Shown: piece after piece, positions 32,250-64,000 of the stretch
How the letters are laid out: the number at the start of each line of letters is the position of its first letter
How positions within the stretch are numbered: position 1 is the first letter of the stretch
From: Bugula neritina
Lineage: Eukaryota; Animalia; Bryozoa
DNA length: 64,000 nucleotides
NCBI GenBank assembly: GCA_964035545.1
Contig: OZ037770.1
Span: 620,001-684,000 of the forward strand
Reading direction: 5' to 3'
Program-made: the position numbers and the translations under genes
Notes under the pieces: generated by a model
What the model was told of the DNA's origin: nothing
Databases searched by the model: none
Seen by the model: the letters and a program-made list of their open reading frames with translations, nothing else

Positions 32250-32880
32250 CAGCAGTCTAGGAGTTAAGTTGCGTTTATACCTTCACGATTTTCGGTCAAA
32301 ATTTCAATTTGGCCGGGTTGAAATTTCTCCGAGTTGCATTGCATTGTAAAAGCCACCCGTTGAAATTTTTGTACTGCGATAACTTAATCGGCCAATTTTA
32401 GAATAATAGTAATAACTCCTTGTAAACATCGTTATTTAATTATTACTTTGGCGATTAGACAACGTACTTATACGTTTATAATTATATAGCCTACGCCTTC
32501 TCAATTATCGCCTTTATGCTTTCCGCTTCACTAATTCACGACGTTTACAAAGGGCATCAAATAGCTATTATGCGAGTCAAATTTCAATTTCAGAAAGTGA
32601 GCAACCGCATCAATATGATTTCAACGAGTTTCAGCTTGACTATAAAGGGGTACCCGGACAAGCATTATTAACTTAAACTCGGTACTTTTTTCAGCAGAGG
32701 TATAAACGCAACTTTAAAGCGTTAGCCTAGTAAACACGGAAGTCATGGGATCCAGCCCTGACAAAGGCCATTGGTGATTTTAGGAAGAGCACCCAGTCAT
32801 AATTGCTCCTGTGCTTCATTTAAATAAGTTCTTAGCACACTTTAACAAAAACCCTTTCCATCAGGGGTTTCTCACAGGGA
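32250..32880 (+). mobile_element. tRNA-derived SINE, family A, split by the TTAA-type MITE
   Basis: 32718-32878 matches the reverse complement of 8658-8815; the 5' A-box part lies before 32267; a 21-bp direct repeat TTATAGTAGTTCTAACATTTA at ~32218 and ~32912 may be a TSD. Confidence 0.6.
32267..32713. mobile_element. MITE at a TTAA target (Kolobok-like), nested in a SINE
   Basis: TIR AGTTGCGTTTATACCT / AGGTATAAACGCAACT followed by TTAA; diverged reverse-orientation copies at ~35415-35835 and ~40105-40281. Confidence 0.7.
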
Positions 32881-33624
32881 TTATAGTAACTGTAAAATTG
32901 CGTGCGTTTTTTTATAGTAGTTCTAACATTTACAGCAGTAGTAATGTATATTTTCTGACGTATAGAAAAGCCAGCCACACCATCTTGAAAATTCACCAAT
33001 GTGCTTCTCTTGGTGATATCATAACAAAAATGGTTGATCCAGACAGATTCACTTTGTTTGGAACCTTATCGTCACGGTGATATCAGACAAAATGGTGAAG
33101 TGATGTTATATTTGATCTAGTCTCAATTGTTTACAACTTGAGAATTCAGAAGCTCAATTATCAATTTTATTTTTAGATAAACAAGGCCAATAGTTGCATG
33201 ACTCAAGAAATGAGAAAATTAAGCTAGTTATTTGAACAGATAGCAAAGTTAAACTTGTGCGCTACCAACAATTTAACTTCACTTTGTTTTATACTAGACA
33301 AGAAAATTGAATTGTTAGATTTACCCATAGTGTAGTTTTTATTTTAATGTTTATAATTTTCGATACTTTGTTTTTAAACATCAGAAAGTTAGAAATTAAA
33401 ATTTATTTTTCTTCAAGTTTGAGATAACTATTTTTATATAAAATCAGAATTGCACATAGTTTATTATAATTAAAATATATTTTATTATATTAACAATTGG
33501 AAATAACTGAATTCCAAAACATACTTTCAGCTTAAAGTAAGCGAGTCATTGTTGATTTTGAGAAAAATGTCCCAATTTACATCAATTAGGTACTTCGTGC
33601 ATTCAGAAGCTAGAATTCAGTACA

Positions 33625-42795
<9,171 letters not shown>

Positions 42796-43267
42796 ATAAA
42801 AACATTGTCATTTTTGCTTTTTAAATAGAAAAGATTGATTGTAGCAAGACTCACCAAAAATGAAACATTTCAACAATTTATTTGAAAGAAAAGCAAAATT
42901 GAACATTTAGTAATAATATAACAACTGTGCTTTATACTGCACCAGAAAATTCAATTGCTGGATATTTACCATTAGTGTGGTTTTTAATTTAAAGTTTATC
43001 AATTTTGATACTTCATATCTAAACTCAGGAACATTTAGGAAACTAAAATAAAAACTGATTTTTTTTAAAAATGAGGTAATTGTATAACACTAAAATTGTA
43101 CATAGTCTATCATAATAAAAATATATAAATTAACAATTAGAAATAAAAGAATTCCAAAACCTTAATTTAGCTTAAATTTAAGTAAGCAGGTCATTGTTGA
43201 TTTTATGATAAAATTGCCTCAACCGATATCGATTGAGTACTTTTTGTATCCAAAAGAACTCAGAATA

Positions 43268-51803
<8,536 letters not shown>

Positions 51804-53508
51804 CACAATAAATAACAACAAGGATTTCAGCATTTCTTCATTCATGGCACAAAAAATGGTGGTTTTGTACGCATTAACCATAAATTTCCGGGAAGGTCAA
51901 AAGAACCAGAATGTTTTAATATGCAGATGTAGTTCTCATACTGTTGTTACTTTTAAATTATTCTCTTTTTCATGCCTTGTATAAAAACAAGCTAACTTCA
52001 TTAGAGAGCTGAACAGAAAGAAGGTTTTCAATCTTTGATTGTGTTGTTTTTATGTTTTTTTATTTTTTTTAAAATTTTCTTATAAAAATTTGGTAATATA
52101 ATAAATATATTTTATCATGTTATATATTTCTCTTTTGTTGCACCACAATCAGCAACGCTATAAATGCAGTGCTGCAAATACTCTTTAATTTATGCCACTG
52201 AGAAGTTTGGTAGAGCCAATTTCCTGCCTTTTTGCAATCAGATATGTTGATATTCTACAACTCTTGCTACTTGAGTGTGTTCAGGCAAATCCCAATGTTG
52301 ATTGCTATTGTTCGACCATTTCTTTTAAACTTCCCATGTTTTATCCTATAAACATATGATGAAATGTTATAAAATATTCAACAGTTTTGGCTAAAGAAAG
52401 TTTTGAACAGTTATAGTCTACAGCTTGTTTTAGAGTTGAAGTATGAAAATATACCAGTATAAAAAAATCTTCATTTTTAAATTAATTGATCAGACAAGCT
52501 ATATCTGAGTATTTTACTGTTAAGAAAAAAGAATTTTTAAAGCTTTTGTGCAAGAAAAATTTATAAAAATTTTCACATTTCAATATGTAGGCCTAATATC
52601 AATTTTACATCAACTAAAATCATGTTCTCATCAATACTCAATATTGTGTATATTTTTACCCAATTTATCCTTTAATCTATTAAAACAGCAAGTTTCAATA
52701 AAGTTGTTAGAAATGTCTATAAGCTTTTACTTCAACTCCCATTCTGATTGTTCAGAAGTTATTCTAGTAAATTTGAGTCAAGACATGGTCACATCGACAT
52801 GGTGATAGAAAGAGTTTTTAAGGCAAACATTTCTCATTATCCTTGCAAATAACAACGAAATCTGACCGCCCTCCTAAACATTACTAAACAATTTACCTCT
52901 AACTATCTACTTGGGTTCAGTACGTAAGATCTCTAGTTGCTCGATCACAGATCCTCTTTCACTCTAGAATGCTCCGCACTTGATTTACTCTGTCCCTCTG
53001 AATTGTTAAATTTAAAAGAAGGAGAAACTAAAACTAAAGTATGGTTACAGGAGCTAGTTTACCTAATTAATACATACTTTTACTTTTGTAGTATATCTAA
53101 AAGAATTACAAAAAATCAAATATATAGTCAAGGGTAATGAATATGCTTAAAATTCGTTTGGTAATGCATGTATATACTAGATGCCAATATAATACACACA
53201 TTATGCCAGAAACCTTACCTTTTTCAATATATCTCATGGTATATAGCTGCATCAAAACCAGAATGATTTATCCCAATAAATAAATCAACACAGCAAAAAA
53301 AAATAAAAATATTCAAACATATTTCAACTCAATGCAACAAAACGATTGTTAACATTTTAGATAAATGCCTGAAGTCATGCCAAATTAATGTTTTTTGTAA
53401 TTGAAGCAAAATCTCAATATTAAGTAATGTTTATTAAGGTTGCAATATTACTCTGCATAAATCAGTTGCTATTTTGCCAAGCTGCGAAGCTGTAAGTACA
53501 ATGCTTTA

Positions 53509-53942
<434 letters not shown>

Positions 53943-54301
53943 TTAATTTTTTTTTCAAGCAAACAAAGAAACATATCAAAATTAATATTTATTCTCCTTT
54001 AGAACTATTCTGAGGAACCTACGAGTGTTTCAGCTGAAACGGGAAACGTTTACTGTAAAGGCTGACTTCCACATTAGAATAACTGGTACAGCTTTTGACT
54101 CATGGTATATGAGCTTTCGTTTCTCTCTCTCAGGAAACAATTACATAGATTACGGCACCCAACAACTTTTTCTTTTTACCATTTCGAAGCGTGAAGAGTT
54201 AGTTGAAGTAAGTGTTTTCCGCTCTACTGTTGTGGTTATGTGTTTTCACAAATACATTGATTATTACTTGGAATGGTTTGCTAAAACTAGAAAAAAAAGA
54301 T

Positions 54302-54307
<6 letters not shown>

Positions 54308-54367
<60 letters not shown>

Positions 54368-54403
54368 AGAGAGAGGGAAAGAGAGAGGGAAAGAAAGAGA
54401 GAG
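54308..54403. repeat. (GA)n microsatellite, intron 2 of paralog 6
   Basis: Direct reading. Confidence 0.97.
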
Positions 54404-55842
54404 ATATTTAAAGAGAAAAACATATACACAGAAGAGAATGCTCAGAGTTTAAAAATAAATTTGCTTTTGTTTTAGGAAGAGTTTTTAGACCTCTCACCAG
54501 GTGTCAGATATTCAGTCAAGTTCTTGGCTCATCGTCAAACCAATAGAGCTCTAAAAATAAGTCAAACAGCCTCCATCAACATCGGTATTGTCAGTCTAAT
54601 CATACTTCATTTGGTAATACAATTCATTACCTAACATCAGTCAGTTGCATGTTCTAATTGGATCAACTTCTGATTTCCAATGCTAACAATTTATGAAACA
54701 TGCATTTCACCATCTTTTTCATAATTTTATTCAACATATTTTACCAAAATCGCTATAACTCTATGATATAAATATGTAAATTGTGTTTCAACAATCAATG
54801 TTTCAGTCACATGTTTAGGTTTTACTTTCAGCTCCAATGAGAGTTAAGACTTTCTCGGTGAGAAATGATGATCATGACAATTTAATTATAACTGTCGTTC
54901 GTACAACAAAGACACCCTCAGGAAAACCTTCTTATTACAATGGTTTTATAGTGAAGTACTTTATTGTTGGAACTGACCAAGAGCAAACAGTAACAAGTAT
55001 AAACTTGCTCTAGAACTTTTTACCAGTTAGCATTTTTGTAGAAGTAATGCTAAGCTAGTGTGTAAAAAAAGCATATTCAATTATTTATTTCATAAAAACA
55101 AAACAATAATTATTTTGTTGGATATTTCACTCACTCCTTTTCTTTCTCAGCTAAAGTTGGAGAAAAGTCGTGGAGCATAACTGAGCTGAATCTTCCGGGC
55201 AAAAGAAATGTTTCATTTCAGTTGCTTAGTGCATGTGTAGAAGATCGAAACGAGAAACTATATGAAATATCTGATAAGACAATATTGGAAACAGGTATTA
55301 AACAATGCCATATTTGCAGCTAGGTGGTAAATTTACTTTTTTTAGATAAGATTCAAAATAACATCATTTAAGCTCAGAATTTAAGTTCACAAACGTTTCG
55401 AGTTGTTATCACAATATATTGCTGAGTTTTAGGTGGTGTTATACCACAAAATCTTAACTATATAAATATTCCAGGACCTGGATTGCCTCTAGACATTCTG
55501 GTGACGATTGATGAAGACCGTCTCACTGTGTCCTGGAGTCCAATTGATGAGTATACATCTATAGAGTTAGCAGTATCAGGTGAACGTTACAGAGGGACAT
55601 AACGCAGAAAGATAAAGGTAAGTCTTCATCAATACCTATGCAGCAAATGAAAACCACGGCTTTATTTGCTTGTTTACAAAAAAAATACATTTATAATCGA
55701 AATTGAGATCTAAGTTTGTAAATATAAGTTTGAGCCATTGCCAATTGTTAATGCTCAACTCAATTGTGAGTAAGCATGAATGATTGTATTGTGTAGGTAC
55801 CGGAAAGCAACCCGACTGAAGTGTTTCCTATTTTGCGGGGTA

Positions 55843-56458
55843 ACATTTACGAGATTATCTTTCAAGCAAATTTTAGAAATAGAAATGTGCAGAAAGTTAT
55901 CAAGAAAGCAGTTGGTATGTATTTAATCACCACAGTAAGAGATTTATTCAAAATATTTTAAAAAGTTTTTTAAAAATGTTACTGACTCACCAAGTATAGA
56001 TAACGATCACCACACTCAGTTGATGATTTGATGACCAGTGAATCATACAATGTGTCTCTCAATGTCCATTCCAGCATGACTTTGACTTTGTTTGTAGAGC
56101 TTTGCTGAATTGGTGTTACTGTAAAGGATCGTACTGGGAAGGGAGCTAAAAGAGTTTGAAAATACATGAAGTAAAAATTTTCATAGTTGAAACAAAAATT
56201 CACATATTTCTTTTATAATGGTGGTTTTATTGAGCACATTTTCTATAGAGAGTATCTATAAACTGTTGCATTTAAGTCAAATAATATATTTCAAATGTTT
56301 TATTTTTTGATGTATAAAGGTAACATTTTAAAAAACTTTTTAAAATATTTTGAATAAATCTCTTACTGTGGTGATTAAATACATACCAACTGCTTTCTTG
56401 ATAACTTTCTGCACATTTCTATTTCTAAAATTTGCTTGAAAGATAATCTCGTAAATGT
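55843..56458. repeat. Inverted duplication (~139-bp arms) enclosing inverted exon 8 of paralog 6
   Basis: 55843-55982 and 56320-56458 are reverse complements apart from one homopolymer base; the loop holds intron 7 remainder + exon 8 on the minus strand. Confidence 0.9.
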
Positions 56459-58484
56459 AAATAGTATGTGTGTGTAAATATATGAAAGTTGTGTGTGTAT
56501 GAGTATTGACCGACTGCCAGTGATTCGACACTCGACATTTCGAGCTTCAGCCGACGATTAGTTGAAGCTTCTAGAATAGGTTATTGTGTTAGTATATTAT
56601 AAGGAGGCAAAGTTCAAGCCAAAAATTAGTTGAATACTGGAGCTTTTATAAGCAGAATATATTTTAAATACAATAAAAACCACTACACAATACTCTCTGA
56701 TATTTCACTATGATACCAGGAGTTAGGCCTATGTTTTCTGCCCGATTTATTCTAAACCCACAAATTACTACAGTGTTATATTTTTATTGTAGGAATTCTC
56801 ATGGAGTCCTCCCACATCTACAGAATGGATAGAGAGTATACCAGCAGGAAGACTCTGTACTTTCACCATCTGGTTGACCAGTTTTGATTTTGATGGTATC
56901 CGACTTGACTCTGCACACACCACAGCCTCACTACTAACTCGTGAGATATGTTGATTTGTATCAAACGCTTTGTATAATATTATATAAATATTTCTTTTGA
57001 CTGCGTTTCGCATCGCACTTTTAATTATCTTAGCTTATCCGTGGCTCTTTATAAAAAATGCTAATGCTGATGCCCATTTGTTTGTTTTTGTGTATTAAGA
57101 TATGTGCTGTCACTGGTAAGTACATTAGACTTAAACTGTACTGTAATTAAATTATTTTTCTGTCCAACAACGGAAATTGTTTTAATCAACATGACAGAGC
57201 TTCAGCATTAAGCGCTGGGTTCATAAACATCCAATTTTTTTACCCATAAATTATGAGACGACTGATTTTTTTAAATGTGGTAGTTATAGTATAGCAAGTA
57301 GTTAGTAGTTAGTTGTTAGTAATTAGCCATTTGAACAATTAATAGCTAGTAATTAGTAGCTATTAATTAGCCATTAGTAATTAATAGCTAGTAGAAACTG
57401 TTTCAACTAAGTCGAACTGTGCTGTAGTGCAAGTCTTTGCAATGCAAACTTGTCTTACACGGTTTTTACTCTCTGTAGCTCCAGTGGCGCCTGCACAACT
57501 TGCTTTTTATGAAAAAGATGTTGATAATCTAACAAGGAGCTACCACCTGTGGTTTGTGAAACCAAAAGGCTCTGAGTTTACAGAAGTCTTAATGAATATT
57601 ACAGACAAAGATAATGGAACCCTTACTGAGCGCAGTTTCCAAATAAGTAGTTGAATGACGTATTAGGCATCTGAAGTAGTTGTATGAGTGTCAGAATCAT
57701 ACCATATACAGTAGTTACTCTTATTTAATTTACTTGAATGGATTTTTTTATCATAGTAAACAGAGTAGAAAATGTGTATGCTATATACGAACATAGTGAG
57801 CTTATAGAAGCTTTTATTTTTGGTTAAAAAAGTACCTACAAGTGTATCAATAGTGTTATTCAATATGTTAATTTACAGTTTTATAATCACGAACACCATC
57901 TTTCATGCACATGTGTCATGAATACAATTTCTCACAGCATGTGACTGCAATAACTATGATGACTGTTTTACTTTAGAAAACTGGTCTAATAATCGCATCT
58001 TCAGTGGAGTCATTGAAGATGTAGAGGGGTTGCTAAATGATAGACTCTATGAGATTTCTCTAGCTCTGAAATCAGAACGAAATGGTGAAGTGACAAAGTC
58101 TAGTCCTGCGGTAACCTCGTTCAGAACTAGTAAGCTTCTTTTCTCATAAAACAAAACTGGTGACTTCAAATTATTATGTAGCCAACTGTAAATATCAATA
58201 TTAGATTTTCCGCCAAATTAATGTTTTGACATGCCATAGTTTAAAATACTTTATCTGCCATAACAAAAATAATATTTAAAGATATTTTAAATGTAGGTGA
58301 TGGTTTTCTAACAATGTCATGTTTTGAAAATGAGCATTTGGGACATTTTAAAAACGTTATAGGTGTCTAAACTTTGATAAAGTACAAAAAGTGTAAACAT
58401 GAACAATTTTAAATTTAAGAAATTTGAAATAAAAAAACCTCAAAACAATCATTTTGCTAAACTGCGAGCAAAATGAGGTTACTG

Positions 58485-58571
58485 TAAAATAATTGCCCCC
58501 ACTGGGAATCGAACCTAAGACCTCTGGCTTGCATTTCAGCACGGAGGCCACTGGGTAAAATTAACACTACA
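58485..58571 (-). mobile_element. tRNA-derived repeat, family B, internally deleted copy
   Basis: CACTGGGAATCGAACC...GCCACTGGGTAAAATTAACACTACA matches the units at 40620-40955. Confidence 0.6.
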
Positions 58572-60683
58572 GTTACATAATTAAAAACTTTTAAAATTAT
58601 ATAAAATCCGATACATGTAAGCCATCACTAAAACATTTTTTTCAAATAGTGCCTAACATCACAATTTCTCACCATATATACAATAAGTTTTTCCAAACTC
58701 TAGTATGTCCCTTTTCCATTTTTTTCATTTTTAAGTTACTTCAAAAGTTTGGGTTAATAAAAATTAGAACTTTTCCCTCTAAGTTGAAATTATATGTGTG
58801 TTTGTTTGACAGTACCAAATACACCTTTTGAGTTGTCAGCACGCAGATTAACAAGTAAGAGCGTTAAGTTGACCTGGAAGGCTGAACAATCAGACGTAAG
58901 TTCACTAGTATAAACTACTCATTTATAATATTCTTAAAGTAAATGTTTTTCTTATAAATTCTGAAAGAAACTATTCCTTGTAATAATTGGAACAGAAAAA
59001 TTGTTTATCATTTTGCTGTCACACATTTTCTAAATTCAAAATCTGAAATTAAATTTTTATATGAACGTTATAGTAAAAACTTTTTAATAATATACACATA
59101 ACTAAAATATTTGAAACTGATTCACTGTAGGAATTGGAATACAGAGCTCATATCTGTCATAAGAATTATATACGACTTTGCGTCTTTTCTCCAATCACAA
59201 ACTTCTACACTTTATCAGAAAATGAGTTTACTGCCAAAGTGGCTCATTTCCCAACCGGTGACCAAATCATAATGATTACATCAATACGTAACGACTTTGC
59301 CAGTGCTAAGAGTGAATCTGTGTTGGTACAGGTAACTTCAAAAGGTAAACTTCCAAACCAAGCCCCATAATCAACAACAATTATACTTGCTTTAACACTT
59401 TAATTACCCATTTTTGTTTAGCCAACGCTTTCATCAGCATAGCACAACAAACGCTCCTGTTTATGAAAGTTATGGGTCCATTTGCTTAACTTAATACAAA
59501 CTTGAGATCTTTAGCTTTTAGCTATTGTTTCATAGTTTAGCTGATAAAAAATATATGGCTTCTTGCCCTAAACTTGTAAAATGTTACTAATCAAATACTG
59601 GTTGTTTTTAAATTAATTTTTGAGTATTCTACAGTAATTTTTGAGAATTTTTTTAAAATAAACCTGAATACTCCTATGACTTGAACAACCGTGGTCCTGC
59701 AAGTTTATTGCAGTCAGTTTTGTTAAATTTTGCAGATATAACTGTGATTACTTTAATTGGACTCTGCATTACTTCCGGAATGCTATGGAGTTCAAGTTGT
59801 TTATTCTTTTGGTAAGTGTTTTATATAATAGCCCACATCTGAATGATGAAGTTTATATATTCAAAACTAGCATATATATAGTAATTAGAGTTTCCTATGG
59901 GAAAATAATCTCATCACATTTCTGAGATGTAATGTTAGTTAGAGAAAATACATAAGGTCTATTGATCAATAAAAATTCAACATTTTAAATAGTATCTTGA
60001 ATTTTTTAAATATATCATATGATGATGAATGTGTTAACTTCTTGTAGGAAAAAGTCAAAAAAGTGGGATGCATATTTATTTTCCAACATTGAGTTAATAA
60101 AAGCAACAAACAGTTTAAGTAAACAGCAGACAATCTCAACAGTAGGCTTGTCGGGCCTCAATTTACAATGTCAGGAGACAAACTCATAAATTATCTTAAA
60201 CCAGTGGATTATAGTTTTATGTTATTTATACACCAACATCTTTATTTGCTGATTTTAAAGATCCAAATAAAACATTAATCTATACACACTCTAACCTATG
60301 TTTTGTATTTTTTGTTGTTGCAGACAATAGAATTGTTATTCAATTCTTTTTTTGTCTCGTTCTTTCTCAGTCTTCCTCTCCTCTCTCCCTCTTTTTCTGT
60401 CTTTCTTTCCCTTTTTCTTTCTTTCTCTCTTTATCTATCTTCCCCTCTTTAACCTTCTCTCTATATCTCTTTTTATTACTGTAATAATAAATACTCAACA
60501 GTGTAAAACATATGGTATACATTACATTACATTACATTACATTAATCATATAATATAAAATGCAAGGTTCAATAAAGTTATTAGAAACTCTGAAATTGTG
60601 CTCACTAAGCAAGCTCTCACATTCAAGTGTTTTTTAGTTACTTTTACTCGCAAAAACTTACACCAAATTATTGCTAAGCACTG

Positions 60684-61439
60684 CACAGGATAGTTAAGGG
60701 CATCCTCACTAAAAATATCATAAATTTCTCCCAAAATGTAGTTTAGGTTCTTGAATAATACTACTCTGCGGGTGACATGCGTGTTGCCTACTTGCAATTG
60801 TTTAGCCTAAGATCAAACTACAACCAATAAGCAGCAACCTTCATTAGGGCTGCGTTATCTATCAACATTCCATTATAGGAGCTACATAAACAAAGTACCA
60901 AGCAAGCTATTCATTATAGCCTGCCAGCTAGCAAGCCTGTAATTAGCATGTACGCGCCAATATCTTCTCATCCCTACGTGCTCATTGAAGCGTGAAGCAC
61001 TGCGCGCTGCTAATTTACTATGAAAAAATATGGCATTTTCAGTGTATAAATCACCAATTTGTGGACAATCTAGAAGAGTTATTGGAAAAAGAAAAAAACT
61101 TACCCTGGAGAAATATCTCAGGATTCCAGCAGTGTAATTTTTATTCAGATATCATGCTTTGCTGCTGAGATATTTTACTGGTACTGAAAAGTCAGCTTTT
61201 CAGGCAAAATTGGCCAAAATTGGGCAGTTTTTTGTCTATAACTTTGCAAAAAAATTTAAAATTGAAATTTCCAAAAAATTTACCCTGGAGAAAAAGAAGA
61301 TCTACAGCATAGTTTTTAAATTTTGACTCTAGCACAATTAGGTGAGATTTTATTTTACTGGTACTGAATTCTTATATGATTACAATGCAAACCTCAGCAA
61401 GGCAGTTGCAGCTAAAAGGTTGCCCTTAACTATCCTGTG
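60684..61439. mobile_element. MITE with CAC termini and 2-bp TSD (CMC/EnSpm-like)
   Basis: 19-bp perfect TIR CACAGGATAGTTAAGGGCA; TG on both flanks; subterminal direct repeats TTACCCTGGAGAAA and ATTTTACTGGTACTGAA, each twice. Confidence 0.8.
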
Positions 61440-61756
61440 TGTTCAGTAGTTTCTACTAGGTTTACAAGACAATTCAGGCAGTCAAGGGTTGCAAGTATAG
61501 GTTAGAACATGAAAATATAACAACATAGCATACTCACCATTTAAGGAACCTTACCTTTGTTAATGAATATGTAAATTGTTTTATCAAAACGGGTATTTCT
61601 TATGGTTTGTCGAAATATAATGTTTTTATTAATTAACAATAGAAAATAAAAAAAGAATTTAAAACATAATTTCAACTCAAAGTTATTAAATCATTGTTGA
61701 TTCAAGTTACATCAATTAAGCATCTTTTGTAAATAAAGAGATATTTCAGCATTATA

Positions 61757-63759
<2,003 letters not shown>

Positions 63760-64000
63760 GTATCTCTATGTTAGTTTTGGTTTTGAAAATGTCTTGTGTA
63801 AAGCTCTTTGAGACTACCAACTTTTTAGATATTGTTCATTTTACTAGTTTTCTTCATGTATGTTCATCCAATTTTATTTTTCTAATAAATAAATTATTTT
63901 GAAATTAAGCAAATATACAATCATTTAATTCTAGTTTTCGTAAGCATCTATTTAGAACTGCTGTAAACCTGTTACATGTGAAGCAAAGAATAGCTTTAAA

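Noticed and set aside
52548-53137. Short intergenic ORFs here and at 20729-20962, 31027-31453, 32811-33080
   Set aside because: No recognisable motifs, no paralogous conservation, often non-ATG starts or overlap with repeats.

Overview
AT-rich, intron-containing animal (probably invertebrate) genomic DNA. The window is almost entirely a head-to-tail + strand tandem array (~10 kb period) of seven paralogous 15-exon genes, which I assembled by hand from splice sites; the ORF track shows only fragments of them. Each encodes a ~670-690 aa type I membrane protein: signal peptide, six fibronectin type III (FN3)-like domains (two exons each), one transmembrane helix and a short, divergent cytoplasmic tail. 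Copies 1, 2, 4 and 5 are intact. Copy 3 has an in-frame TGA from compensating indels, copy 6 has a TAA plus an inverted exon 8, and copy 7 is cut by the window end. The membrane-distal domain is hypervariable (copies 4 vs 5: ~61% identity in domain 1 vs ~93% in domain 3, hand count), is split by a long microsatellite in every copy, and the paralogs are mosaics. This makes the cluster a candidate self/non-self (allorecognition or immune) receptor system; that function is inference, and I do not recognise the family. Introns also hold a 578-bp-arm Penelope-like palindrome, several hammerhead ribozyme motifs (one canonical, sense strand, in the last intron of copy 4), an AP-1-site minisatellite, MITEs and tRNA-derived repeats.
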